Notes: generated by a model from the letters alone, not told the origin. DNA of 46,831 nt from Eubacteriales bacterium (GCA_045603205.1 JAZULS010000093.1:1-46831); one strand, 5' to 3'; numbered from the stretch's first letter, positions 6,100-15,088 are shown. Program-made: numbers and translations.

Positions 6100-7470
6100 T
6101 TGAAAAAGGGGAAAATAGTTAAGGATTTTACAAAAGGGAATATACCCCGGCAGCTGCTGATGTTTTCTCTGCCGTTTATGGCGTCAAACGCCCTTCAAGT
6201 ACTTTACAGCACCATTGATATGATAATAGTGGGCGAATACGTCGGCACAGCCGGACTTTCCGCGGTGTCGCAGAGCAGCCTTATCGTCAACTTTGCAACC
6301 ATGGTATGCCTTGGTTTTGCAAACGCGGGGCAGGTTCTAATATCCCAGGCCCTCGGAGCCAACAAAAAACGGGAGATGAACAACATCATCGGTACGCTGT
6401 TCAGCTACCTGATGATTTTCGCTCTGGTGATGTCGGGGGTTATGCTGTCGGCACATAAGCTTATTCTTAATTTGATGAACGTTCCTGCCGAGTCTTATGC
6501 AATGGCAACAGACTACCTCATAATCTGCGGCGCCGGACTTGTATTCACAGCAGGCTATAATATGATCTCTGCCGTGCTTCGAGGTATGGGTGACTCAAAA
6601 CGTCCCTTCCTGTTTATCGGTATCGCCTCCGGTGTAAACCTTGTCCTTGATATACTTTTTACAGGTATTTTAGGTTTTGGGGTCGCCGGTGCGGCATACG
6701 CAACGATTTTGGGTCAGGCGGTGTCCTTCGCATTTTCTCTGGTTTACCTTTATAAGAGGAAGGAAGCCTTCGGATTTGATTTCAAGAGGGAAAGCTTCGC
6801 CATCAATAAGCGTTACGCGGGAATGATCACAAGTCTTGGCACGCCTATGGCAATTCAGTCGGGATTTATCAACCTTTCCATGCTTTTCGTAAATTCAATG
6901 ATAAATAACGTGGGTGTCGTAGCTTCTGCAACATTTGGCGTTGGAACGAGAATCGACGATATTATCAATAAAATCTCCCAGGGAATCCAGTACGCGGCGA
7001 TGCCCATGATCAGTCAAAATCTCGGTGCAGGGCAGAACAAGAGAGCAAAGCAGGTTGTGTATTACGCGTGGATATATTCTGCATTCCTTACAGTTTTCTT
7101 TGTTACCCTATACGTACTCTTCGGAAAGCAGATGTTTATGGTGTTCTCCGATGACCCGCTGGTTCACGAAATGTCGGGTACCTTTGTGTCGGCTATACTT
7201 TGGATGTTTCCTGCTTTCGGTATTATGCGCGGTAGCGGTGCATTTATTCAAGGTATCGGTAACGCGGGACTCAGTATGGTACTGGCGATTTTCGACGGCG
7301 TACTGCTGAGAATCGGACTCAGTTGGCTCTTCGGTATAGCTCTTGGATGGGGCTTTTACGGATTTGTACTTGGATATGCTCTTGCCCCCTTCGGTTACGC
7401 TATCCCCAGCCTTGTGTACTTCCTCATGGGAAGATGGGAAAAGCGAAAGACCTTGGCTGAGAGGTTATAG
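6100..7470 (+). CDS. MATE-family efflux transporter
   Basis: 456 aa and polytopic throughout. The N-terminal pattern (LPFMASNALQVLYSTIDMIIVG) is typical of MATE proteins. TTG start. Confidence 0.8.
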   Translation: MKKGKIVKDFTKGNIPRQLLMFSLPFMASNALQVLYSTIDMIIVGEYVGTAGLSAVSQSSLIVNFATMVCLGFANAGQVLISQALGANKKREMNNIIGTLFSYLMIFALVMSGVMLSAHKLILNLMNVPAESYAMATDYLIICGAGLVFTAGYNMISAVLRGMGDSKRPFLFIGIASGVNLVLDILFTGILGFGVAGAAYATILGQAVSFAFSLVYLYKRKEAFGFDFKRESFAINKRYAGMITSLGTPMAIQSGFINLSMLFVNSMINNVGVVASATFGVGTRIDDIINKISQGIQYAAMPMISQNLGAGQNKRAKQVVYYAWIYSAFLTVFFVTLYVLFGKQMFMVFSDDPLVHEMSGTFVSAILWMFPAFGIMRGSGAFIQGIGNAGLSMVLAIFDGVLLRIGLSWLFGIALGWGFYGFVLGYALAPFGYAIPSLVYFLMGRWEKRKTLAERL

Positions 7471-7512
7471 CATAAAACGAATATTAACAAACTTAAATTA
7501 GGAGAGTTAAAA

Positions 7513-9033
7513 ATGGGAAACGGAAAACTTTTTAAAATGAACGATAATCATTGCTACACAGATGATCCCCATGTAGCAAAAAATACATTTATAGGAAGGG
7601 AAGCGGACAAAGGTCCTCTGCCTAAATATGAAGATATCAAGGGAGAACTTCCTCACCCGATATGGGACGGACACGATGACGCCATTGCATGCTACAACAA
7701 AGTATGGGAATTGGCATTCGGAAATCTTCATAGCCCCAAGGCTGAGGCAGGATTCGTTTCAAACTTTATAGACAGTGCATTCAGCGACTATTTCTTCATG
7801 TGGGACAGCTCTTTTATCATGATGTTCACAAAATACGCTTCCCGTGTGTTCAACTTCCAAAGAACGCTTGATAATTTTTATTCTCATCAGCACCGCGACG
7901 GCTTTATCTCCCGTGAGATCAATGTAGACGAAGGCGGCGAAAACTGGACCCGTGATGATCCCTGCTCAACGGGCCCCAACGTGCTTCCTTTCTCTGAGTG
8001 GGAATATTTCAAGTCTACGGGAGACATGGATAGGCTTTCAAAGGTGTTCGATCCCCTTTTAGCTTATCACAAATGGCTTCAGCTCAACCGCACGTGGCAG
8101 GACGGTACTTATTGGAGCTGTGGCAATGCCTGCGGAATGGACAATCTTCCCAGAACCCGTCCCGAGTATAACAATGAGTGTCACCACAGCTTTATGAGCT
8201 GGATCGATACTTGCTGTCAGCAGTATCTCAGCGGTGTGATCCTCACTGAAATGGGTAAGATCCTCGGCAGGGAAGATGAAACTCTCTGGCTTGCTGAGGA
8301 AGCGGAGATGCTCTATAATACCATTAATGAAAAAATGTGGAACGAAGAGATCGGTCTTTACAACGATAAGCTGCGTGATGGAACGGTAAGCAGTGTAAAG
8401 ACTGTAGCACCCTTCTGGACTCTCATTTCAGGCATTGCGACTCCCGAGAGGGCAGAGCGTATGGTAGCTCACCTTGAAGATGAGCGTGAATTCAAGCGTC
8501 CCAACCGCGTTCCCGCACTTTCGGCAGACAATCCCTATTATCTTGCTCTCTTCGGCTACTGGGGCGGCGGTGTTTGGGCCCCCACTAACTATATGATCCT
8601 TCGTGGGCTTGACAAATACGGTTACCATGACGTAGCCCGCGATATTGCTGTGGCTTATCACGACTATATCATTAACGTGTACCGCAAGATGGGCACAGTG
8701 TTCGAGTATTATTCACCCGAACTTCCCTATAACAACAGCGGCAAGCGTGATTTTGTGGGCTGGAGTGGAATCGGACCGGTCGCTGTGCTCTTCGAATACG
8801 TATTCGGAATCAATTCTGTGGCAAAGGATCGTCATATTCGCTGGAGAATCAACTGTCTTGAGCGTCACGGAGTTGAAAAGTATCCTCTTGGCGACGTGGC
8901 GGTGGATCTCGTTTGCGAAGCTCGCGTAAACGAAGACGAACGCCCCGTGATCAGCGTAAAATCTCCCGTTCCCGTGACTGTTGAAGTCATCTGGAAGGGC
9001 GAGAGTTGGACTGTCACCTCAACAGATAATTGA
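7513..9033 (+). CDS. Six-hairpin (alpha/alpha)6 glycoside hydrolase, GH63/trehalase-like
   Basis: Motifs FMWDSSF, GMDNLPR, GGGVWAPTNY and FVGWSG resemble the GH63/GH37 clan. No signal peptide. RBS AGGAGAG. Confidence 0.55.
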   Translation: MGNGKLFKMNDNHCYTDDPHVAKNTFIGREADKGPLPKYEDIKGELPHPIWDGHDDAIACYNKVWELAFGNLHSPKAEAGFVSNFIDSAFSDYFFMWDSSFIMMFTKYASRVFNFQRTLDNFYSHQHRDGFISREINVDEGGENWTRDDPCSTGPNVLPFSEWEYFKSTGDMDRLSKVFDPLLAYHKWLQLNRTWQDGTYWSCGNACGMDNLPRTRPEYNNECHHSFMSWIDTCCQQYLSGVILTEMGKILGREDETLWLAEEAEMLYNTINEKMWNEEIGLYNDKLRDGTVSSVKTVAPFWTLISGIATPERAERMVAHLEDEREFKRPNRVPALSADNPYYLALFGYWGGGVWAPTNYMILRGLDKYGYHDVARDIAVAYHDYIINVYRKMGTVFEYYSPELPYNNSGKRDFVGWSGIGPVAVLFEYVFGINSVAKDRHIRWRINCLERHGVEKYPLGDVAVDLVCEARVNEDERPVISVKSPVPVTVEVIWKGESWTVTSTDN

Positions 9034-9041
9034 ATATAACC

Positions 9042-9079
9042 AAAAAACCTGCTTTAGCTCTTGCCAAAGCAGTTTTTTT
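9042..9079. terminator. Bidirectional terminator between convergent genes
   Basis: CTGCTTT (9049-9055) pairs with AAAGCAG (9066-9072), flanked by AAAAAA and TTTTTTT. Confidence 0.65.
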
Positions 9080-9093
9080 AGTTTTTGTGCCAA

Positions 9094-9402
9094 TTACTTT
9101 AACATTTCGAGGATCTGCGCCTTGGGTTTTGCACCGAGAGACTGACCTACAACCTTCCCGCCTTCCATAACGAAGAGTGCGGGAATGCTCATTACTTGGA
9201 ACTGACTTGCAAGTTCAGGCTCAGCATCAACGTTGATCTTTACGACCTTGTATTCGGGGTATTCGTCAGCGATCTGATCTACGATAGGGGAGACCATACG
9301 GCAAGGACCGCACCAATCGGCGAAGAAATCGATAAGAACCTTTTTGTCACTCTTTAAAACTTCATTTTCAAAATTGTCTTTTGTAATTTTGATAGCAGAC
9401 AT
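9094..9402 (-). CDS. trxA: Thioredoxin
   Basis: 102 aa with the WCGPC active site in the canonical position. Confidence 0.9.
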   Translation of the reverse strand: MSAIKITKDNFENEVLKSDKKVLIDFFADWCGPCRMVSPIVDQIADEYPEYKVVKINVDAEPELASQFQVMSIPALFVMEGGKVVGQSLGAKPKAQILEMLK

Positions 9403-9441
9403 GTTTTGTCCTCCGTGTTTTTATTTATAATTTTAATAATA

Positions 9442-10194
9442 TTATCCGAGCAAAAAGTCGGTTGCAAGCATAATGCAGAATCCGGCGAGCAGAGAGTATG
9501 TGGCGCCTCTTTCGCTTCCGTGAGCATGGGTTTCGGGGATCATTTCGTCACTGATAACGTAGAGCATGGTGCCTCCGGCAAAAGCGAGAGCGAAGGGGAG
9601 GATAACTGAGGCTACGCTTACTGCGAAATAACCTATGAGTGTTCCGACTACTTCCACAAGTCCTGTAGCCATTGCGCAAATCAAGGTCTTTTTCGGTGAC
9701 ACACCTGCGGCAAGCATGGGAGCTATGATGACCATACCTTCGGGGATGTTCTGCAGAGCTATGCCTCCTGCGATAATCAAAGCTCCGGTGGTATCTCCCG
9801 AGCCAAATCCCACACCTGCGGCAATTCCTTCGGGGAGATTATGTATGGCGATAGCGGTGACGAACAGCAGGATTTTGCTGAGATTTGCATTTCCATGGGA
9901 TTCAGAATCAACACCCACAAGGTGGTGCAGGTGAGGCACTACCTTGTCGATGAGGCTAAGGCAAAAGGCACCTGCGAAAATTCCGAGAATCGTTATGATA
10001 AGTCCGAATTTTCCTCCGTATTCGAGGGAGGGTATGATCAGCCCCAGAATTGCGGCGGCAAGCATGACTCCCGCGGCAAAGGAGAGAACGATGTCGGAAA
10101 ATCTGTGGGAGATCTTTTTGAAAGCAAAACCGATCAGAGAACCGATAACGGTAGCTCCACCCACTCCGAGAGCCGTCAGTAAGACCATTTCCAT
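9442..10194 (-). CDS. ZIP-family divalent metal transporter (ZupT-like)
   Basis: Motifs HNLPEGIAAG and QNIPEGM. ATG 10194 follows GGAGG by 8 nt. The track start TTG 10209 lies inside that RBS. Confidence 0.8.
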   Translation of the reverse strand: MEMVLLTALGVGGATVIGSLIGFAFKKISHRFSDIVLSFAAGVMLAAAILGLIIPSLEYGGKFGLIITILGIFAGAFCLSLIDKVVPHLHHLVGVDSESHGNANLSKILLFVTAIAIHNLPEGIAAGVGFGSGDTTGALIIAGGIALQNIPEGMVIIAPMLAAGVSPKKTLICAMATGLVEVVGTLIGYFAVSVASVILPFALAFAGGTMLYVISDEMIPETHAHGSERGATYSLLAGFCIMLATDFLLG

Positions 10195-10238
10195 AAAGTC
10201 AACCTCCAAACCTGTATCTGTCAGACAGACGCGGTAAA

Positions 10239-10394
10239 TTATTCAGCGGCAAACTGATCCTTGCCTACTCCGCAAAGGGGGCACTCAAAATCCTCGGGGA
10301 GATCATCAAACTTTGTGCCGGGCTCGATTCCGTTTTCAGGAGATCCGAGTTCTTCATCATATTCCCAGCCGCAAACTTCACATACGTATTTCAT
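10239..10394 (-). CDS. Rubredoxin (51 aa, below the ORF-track cutoff)
   Basis: My own translation of the minus strand gives [51 protein letters not shown]. It has the two rubredoxin knuckles CxxCG and CPxCG and conserved aromatic residues. An AAAGGA RBS lies about 9 nt upstream. Confidence 0.85.
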   Translation of the reverse strand: MKYVCEVCGWEYDEELGSPENGIEPGTKFDDLPEDFECPLCGVGKDQFAAE

Positions 10395-10432
10395 ATTCGT
10401 ATTTTCCTTTCAAATTCAGTTGATTTATTGAT

Positions 10433-10942
10433 TTATAAAACTAAAGACGGTGCGGTGTAAACTCTTGCCGCAAGCTCCTGGTTGAGCAGATAGAGGCTTC
10501 GGGGATCTGAACCGAAAAGCTCCATCTTTGAGATAAGGTCGTTTGCGTTGGTCTCCTCCTCACCCTGCTCCTTCACAAACCAGTCAAGGAACTGCATGGT
10601 GCGGAAGTCCTTTACGTCGTATGCGGCACTGTAGATGTCGTTGATAAGGGAGGTCACGTACTTCTCATGCTCCAGCCCCGCTTTGAGGACGTCAATGTGA
10701 GCGGAGAAGACCTTATCAGGCTTAGCGATAGCTTCAAGGGTCACCCCCTGATTCTCATTCTGCAGGTAGGTGTAAAAGAGCATAGCGTGATCTCTTTCCT
10801 CCTGAGCCTGGATCATGTACCAGTTGGCAAATCCGTCAAGTCCTGCCGCCTTGAAGTAATTTGAAAAATCAAGGTAAAGGTAGGCCGAATAAAGTTCCTT
10901 GTTGATCTGTTCGTTTAAAAGCTTGTGAACCGAATTATTCAT
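10433..10942 (-). CDS. Non-haem ferritin
   Basis: 169 aa with a ferritin-like di-iron pattern (LNEQINKELYSAYLY, QAQEERDHA, EHEK). GGAGG RBS. Confidence 0.85.
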   Translation of the reverse strand: MNNSVHKLLNEQINKELYSAYLYLDFSNYFKAAGLDGFANWYMIQAQEERDHAMLFYTYLQNENQGVTLEAIAKPDKVFSAHIDVLKAGLEHEKYVTSLINDIYSAAYDVKDFRTMQFLDWFVKEQGEEETNANDLISKMELFGSDPRSLYLLNQELAARVYTAPSLVL

Positions 10943-11017
10943 ATATACCTCCGTTTATATGTATTTGTTATTCTGATATTATTATACTATATTTTTGCCT
11001 TAAGTTCAATGTTTTTA

Positions 11018-11713
11018 TTATTTAAGAATCTTTCCGTCAGTTGAAATTGTCACAACCTGCCACGGAATGAACTTTCCGCTGTTCATCAACGCTCTTTTCA
11101 CAGCGTTTTCGATGCCTCCGCAGCAGGGAACCTCCATTCGTACTACCGTTACACTTTTGATCTCGTGTAACTTTAGTATCTGTGTCAGCTTTTCCGCGTA
11201 GTCGCATCCGTCAAGCTTCGGGCAACCGATGAGGGTTACGTGCCCTTTCATAAATTCTTCGTGAAGGTTAGCGTAGGCGTAGGCGGTGCAGTCTGCGGCG
11301 ATAAGTAGTCTTGCTCCGTCGAAGTAGGGTGCGGCAGGCGGCACTAACTTTATCTGGCAGGGCCATTGCATAAGCCTTGAAGAACTGCTGCGGGGAACTT
11401 CGTTGATCTCCGCATTGGGAGAGATCAATTTTGCTCCGGAGCCCGGACAACCCGATTTTCCGGAAGAGCAGGGGGATTTCCTCTTTGAGCGGAGAACTGC
11501 GGCTTCATCATATTCTGGTGCTTCTCGCATTTCAAAGCTGATGGCACCCGTGGGGCAGGCGGGGAGACAATCTCCGAGACCGTCACAGTAGCTCTCACGG
11601 GTCAGTTTTGCCTTTCCGTCCACCATTTCGATGGCACCTTCGTGACAAGCCTTTGCGCATGCGGCGCATCCGTTGCACTTTTCCTTGTCTATCTTAATTA
11701 TTTTTCTTATCAT
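11018..11713 (-). CDS. 4Fe-4S dicluster domain protein with a Cys-rich C-terminal domain
   Basis: The N-terminus carries CNGCAACAKAC and CDGLGDCLPACP ferredoxin motifs. The C-terminal part carries CPKLDGC and VPCCGG. Confidence 0.7.
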   Translation of the reverse strand: MIRKIIKIDKEKCNGCAACAKACHEGAIEMVDGKAKLTRESYCDGLGDCLPACPTGAISFEMREAPEYDEAAVLRSKRKSPCSSGKSGCPGSGAKLISPNAEINEVPRSSSSRLMQWPCQIKLVPPAAPYFDGARLLIAADCTAYAYANLHEEFMKGHVTLIGCPKLDGCDYAEKLTQILKLHEIKSVTVVRMEVPCCGGIENAVKRALMNSGKFIPWQVVTISTDGKILK

Positions 11714-11748
11714 AGTATTCTCCTTATTAAGGGTTTAGAATCAGACCT

Positions 11749-12741
11749 TTATGCTGTCAGTTCGTTGGGAGAAGAACCTTCTTTTTCAATGGCGATCAAG
11801 TTACTAACCGTAGTCTCCGCGATATTCTCAAGTGCTTCTTCCGTCAGGAACGCCTGATGAGACGTTACGATCACGTTAGGCATTGAGATGAGTCTTGCCA
11901 AAACATCGTCTTCGAGAATGTGTCCCGAGTTGTCTTCAAAAAATACGTCAGCCTCTTCCTCGTATACGTCGAGACAAGCCGCACCAACCTTTCGTGATTT
12001 GATTCCTGCCAGCAGGGCTTCTGCGTCAACGAGGGCACCTCTTGAGGTGTTCAGCAGTACCACGCCCTTTTTGCACTTACCGAGAGAATCCTCGTTTATG
12101 ATGTGGTAGGTCTCTTCTGTGAGGGGGCAGTGGAGGGATATGACATCGCTCTTTTCAAAAAGCTCGTCGAGCTCCACGTATCTTACAGAGTCACCGTCCT
12201 CAAGGGTCTTGTCGGGGTATTTGTCGTACGCTAACACCTTCATTCCGAATCCGCGGCAGATGTTCACGAATACCTTGCCGATCTTGCCGGTGCCGATGAC
12301 ACCAACGGTTTTGCCGTGGAGGTCAAAGCCCGTGAATCCCGTAAGGCTGAAGTTGAAATCTCGGGAGCGGATATACGCCTTGTGTATTCTGCGGATTGAG
12401 GTTAGAAGCATCGCGATGGCGTGTTCTGCCACAGCGTAGGGTGAGTAGGCAGGGACTCTTACCACGCGGATCTTGCCTTTCGCGTGCTTTAAGTCAACGT
12501 TGTTGAATCCCGCACATCTGAGGGCGATGGTCTTGACTCCAAGCTCCACCAGCCTGTCGATAACTGAGGCATTTACCGTGTCGTTTACAAATACACACAC
12601 CGCATCTCTGCCTGCCGCAAGGTCTACTGTGTCTTCGTTGAGCTTCGTTTCAAAATATTTAAACTTTATTCCATTTTCCTCTCCGTACTTGTCGAAGGAG
12701 GGCTTGTCATAAGCTTTTGTATCAAAAAATGCCACTTTCAT
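11749..12741 (-). CDS. ldhA: D-lactate dehydrogenase (D-isomer-specific 2-hydroxyacid dehydrogenase)
   Basis: MKVAFFDTKAYDK...ALRCAGFNNVDL...VVRVPAYSPYAVAEHA...GVIGTGKIG is collinear with E. coli LdhA. ATG 12741 is preceded by AAGGAG. The track N-terminal extension (to 12810) is non-homologous. Confidence 0.85.
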   Translation of the reverse strand: MKVAFFDTKAYDKPSFDKYGEENGIKFKYFETKLNEDTVDLAAGRDAVCVFVNDTVNASVIDRLVELGVKTIALRCAGFNNVDLKHAKGKIRVVRVPAYSPYAVAEHAIAMLLTSIRRIHKAYIRSRDFNFSLTGFTGFDLHGKTVGVIGTGKIGKVFVNICRGFGMKVLAYDKYPDKTLEDGDSVRYVELDELFEKSDVISLHCPLTEETYHIINEDSLGKCKKGVVLLNTSRGALVDAEALLAGIKSRKVGAACLDVYEEEADVFFEDNSGHILEDDVLARLISMPNVIVTSHQAFLTEEALENIAETTVSNLIAIEKEGSSPNELTA

Positions 12742-12825
12742 GATCTTTAAACTCCTTTTTGCCGAATCATCGGCAGAATCTCTTGCTTTTCTGATAATAG
12801 TATAGTACAATGAGGTATGAAAGTA

Positions 12826-12841
12826 TGTTGAATTTTCAACA
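12826..12841. promoter_or_regulatory. Perfect 16-bp palindrome TGTTGAATTTTCAACA, a candidate Crp/Fnr-family operator
   Basis: The half-sites TGTTG-N6-CAACA follow the Crp-style 5-6-5 layout. It lies 15 nt upstream of the Crp/Fnr gene ATG. It is centred 29 nt from a TATACT -10-like hexamer (12804-12799) on the ldhA strand. Confidence 0.45.
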
Positions 12842-12855
12842 CAAAAGGTGAAAAA

Positions 12856-13515
12856 ATGAAGAAATACTTAAAAATTTTAAGAAAATGTTTGCTTTTCAAC
12901 GGAATAACAGATGATGATCTTCTCAGAATGCTCAACTGCATGAATGCGAAGGTGATAAGCTTCGATAAAAAATATACTATCTTCTCCGAAGGCTCTCCCG
13001 CTACGTATTTCGGCATAATGCTCTCGGGAAGCGCCCACGTGGTACAGCTCGACTACTACGGAAACAGAACTATCCTTGATACCGTTACGCCTGCCGATAT
13101 GTTCGGCGATGCCTTTGCCTGTGCAGGGGTGGAAAAGCTGCCCGTGTCCGTTATTGCAAGTGAACCCTGTGAGGTGATGCTTATAGATGCCGGTCATATT
13201 TTACATACCTGCAGTAATAACTGCACGTTCCACCGACAGCTGATCTTCAATATAATGAGAAACTTAGCCGCTAAAAATATCGCTTTCCATCAAAAGTTTG
13301 AGATAACCTCCAAACGTACAACAAGAGAAAAACTTATCTCCTATCTTTTCCATCAGTCGAAAAAAGCGGGGGACAGATCCTTTGAGATTCCATTCGACCG
13401 TCAGGAGCTGGCGGACTACCTTGAGGTAGACAGAAGCGGACTCTCCACGGAGATAGGGAAGCTGAAAAAAGAGGGAATCATCGAAAACGAGAGAAAGAGT
13501 TTTACTCTGCTGTGA
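12856..13515 (+). CDS. Crp/Fnr-family transcriptional regulator
   Basis: An N-terminal cNMP-binding-like beta-roll and a C-terminal HTH (RQELADYLEVDRSGLSTEIGKLKKEG). No FNR-type N-terminal Cys cluster. Confidence 0.85.
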   Translation: MKKYLKILRKCLLFNGITDDDLLRMLNCMNAKVISFDKKYTIFSEGSPATYFGIMLSGSAHVVQLDYYGNRTILDTVTPADMFGDAFACAGVEKLPVSVIASEPCEVMLIDAGHILHTCSNNCTFHRQLIFNIMRNLAAKNIAFHQKFEITSKRTTREKLISYLFHQSKKAGDRSFEIPFDRQELADYLEVDRSGLSTEIGKLKKEGIIENERKSFTLL

Positions 13516-13544
13516 GATGAAAAAACAGCTTGAATAAAGAATGA

Positions 13545-13580
13545 GGCAGACATGAAAAGGACTATGTGTCTGCCTTTTTC
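13545..13580 (+). terminator. Intrinsic terminator of the Crp/Fnr gene
   Basis: GGCAGACA (13545-13552) pairs with TGTCTGCC (13567-13574), followed by TTTTT. Confidence 0.7.
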
Positions 13581-13733
13581 TCAACTTTCTTTTTGTTATC
13601 GCAGGTAACAAGAAGAAAGAATCAGCCAAGGAGGTGAACGGGGTTTACCGAGTGAGGAAACTTCGGCGTTTGAGATGGTGCCTTCATACGGATTTTGCAA
13701 AACTATAGTTTAAGTTACCTGTAGAACAAAGAA

Positions 13734-13758
13734 ATCCCACCGAGATTATCGGTGGGAT
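13734..13758 (-). terminator. Intrinsic terminator of melA
   Basis: ATCCCACCGA (13734-13743) pairs with TCGGTGGGAT (13749-13758). The minus-strand transcript continues with TTTCTTTGTT. Confidence 0.7.
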
Positions 13759-13768
13759 AAATCTTTTA

Positions 13769-15088
13769 TCAGTTGTACTTGGGGAGCCAGTCTCCGTGAG
13801 TCTCGATGAGATCGTCAACCATCTTTTTGATAGTGTCGATGTCAAGCTCACTTCCTGTATGAGGATCAAGCATTGCCGCCTGATAGATGTGCTCCTTCTT
13901 CTTGGTAACTGCCGCCTCAATGGTGAGAAGCTGAACGTTGATGTTAGTCATGTTCATAGCCGCACACTGTACGGGGAGGGCACCGACGTGGCAGGGATGG
14001 ATTCCGTATCCGTTAACAAGACAGGGAACCTCAACACAAGCGTTCTCGGGCAGGTTTGTAATAAGGTGACCCTTGTTGATCACGTTACCGCCGATCTGGT
14101 AAGGCTTACCGGTGGTGATAGCCTCCATAATGTAGGAAGCGTACTCGTGAGAGCGATTGTGAGCCTTTACGCCTTCCTTCATCATAGTCTCGTACTCTGC
14201 CTTCCAGCCATTGATCTGTTCGATGCAGCGTCTGGGGTATTCATCAAGGGGAATGTTGTACTTTTCGATCAGCTCAGGATACTTGCTCTTGATGTAGAAC
14301 ATATTGTACTCAGCGTTGTGCTCGCTGGACTCTGTGCAGTAGTAGCCGAAATGCTTGATATACTCAAGTCTGACCTTGTTGTAGAAGTTCGGGTCGTCGA
14401 TCTTGGCCTGAATTCTTGACTTGATCTCAGGATAGAGGTCAACACCGTTCTTGTCCTTGATCTCGAGAAGCCAAGCCATGTGGTTGATTCCCGCGATAAG
14501 TTCTTTTCTGCCTTCAAGCTTGTCTTCCATGCCGAGCTGGCAGAGAAGATCGCTGGAACAGCTCTGTACGCTGTGGCAAAGACCTATTGTCTTAACGTCG
14601 GTGTATCTCTGCATAAAGCCGCTGAGCATAGCCATGGGGTTTGTGTAGTTAAGGAAGAATGCGTCGGGACATACCTCTTCCATGTCTCTTGCAAAGCTTT
14701 CCATAACAGGGATGGTACGGAGAGCACGCATGATACCGCCGATTCCGAGAGTATCACCGATGGTCTGACGGAGACCGTACTTCTTGGGAACCTCGAAGTC
14801 GATGATGGTACAGGGATCGTAAAGACCTACCTGAATAGCGTTTACAACAAAGTTAGCTCCGCGGAGAGCATCCTTACGCTGCTCAACACCGAGGTAGCAC
14901 TCGATCTTAGCGGGGCTGCCTTTGTCGGCATTGATAGCTTCAATGATAACACGGCTTTCCTCAAGTCTCTTGGCGTCGATGTCGTAAAGAGCGAATACGC
15001 CGTCACGAAGACTTTCTGTACAGAGACAGTCACCGATTACATTTCTGGCAAAAACTGTGCTGCCCGCACCCATAAATGTGATTTTCAT
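13769..15088 (-). CDS. melA: GH4 NAD-dependent alpha-galactosidase
   Basis: MKITFMGAGSTVFARNV, NYTNPMAM, GLCHSVQ and GINHMAWLLE are collinear with B. subtilis and E. coli MelA along the whole length. Confidence 0.85.
   Translation of the reverse strand: MKITFMGAGSTVFARNVIGDCLCTESLRDGVFALYDIDAKRLEESRVIIEAINADKGSPAKIECYLGVEQRKDALRGANFVVNAIQVGLYDPCTIIDFEVPKKYGLRQTIGDTLGIGGIMRALRTIPVMESFARDMEEVCPDAFFLNYTNPMAMLSGFMQRYTDVKTIGLCHSVQSCSSDLLCQLGMEDKLEGRKELIAGINHMAWLLEIKDKNGVDLYPEIKSRIQAKIDDPNFYNKVRLEYIKHFGYYCTESSEHNAEYNMFYIKSKYPELIEKYNIPLDEYPRRCIEQINGWKAEYETMMKEGVKAHNRSHEYASYIMEAITTGKPYQIGGNVINKGHLITNLPENACVEVPCLVNGYGIHPCHVGALPVQCAAMNMTNINVQLLTIEAAVTKKKEHIYQAAMLDPHTGSELDIDTIKKMVDDLIETHGDWLPKYN

Noticed and set aside
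10943-11017. A possible PerR/Fur box upstream of the ferritin gene (AT-rich TATAATAATATCA stretch)
   Set aside because: The sequence is not a convincing 7-1-7 inverted repeat. It is equally well explained as a -10 element in AT-rich spacer DNA. It would need a genome-wide motif search.
12742-12810. N-terminal extensions in the ORF track for ldhA (to 12810), hemolysin III (to 18032), ABC subunit 2 (from 33511), queT (to 40127), hpt (from 23437), tilS (from 22038), trkH (from 38050), the ZIP transporter (to 10209) and the XRE gene (from 833)
   Set aside because: In each case an internal start has a properly spaced Shine-Dalgarno and matches where family homology begins. The extension overlaps an RBS, a neighbouring gene or, for queT, the riboswitch.
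13628-13634. A perfect AAGGAGG in the crp-melA spacer, suggesting a small gene
   Set aside because: No ATG, GTG or TTG lies at 5-12 nt. The only overlapping GTG has zero spacing, and the nearest ATG (13674) opens a 12-codon frame. I folded this into the structured-spacer finding rather than calling a CDS.
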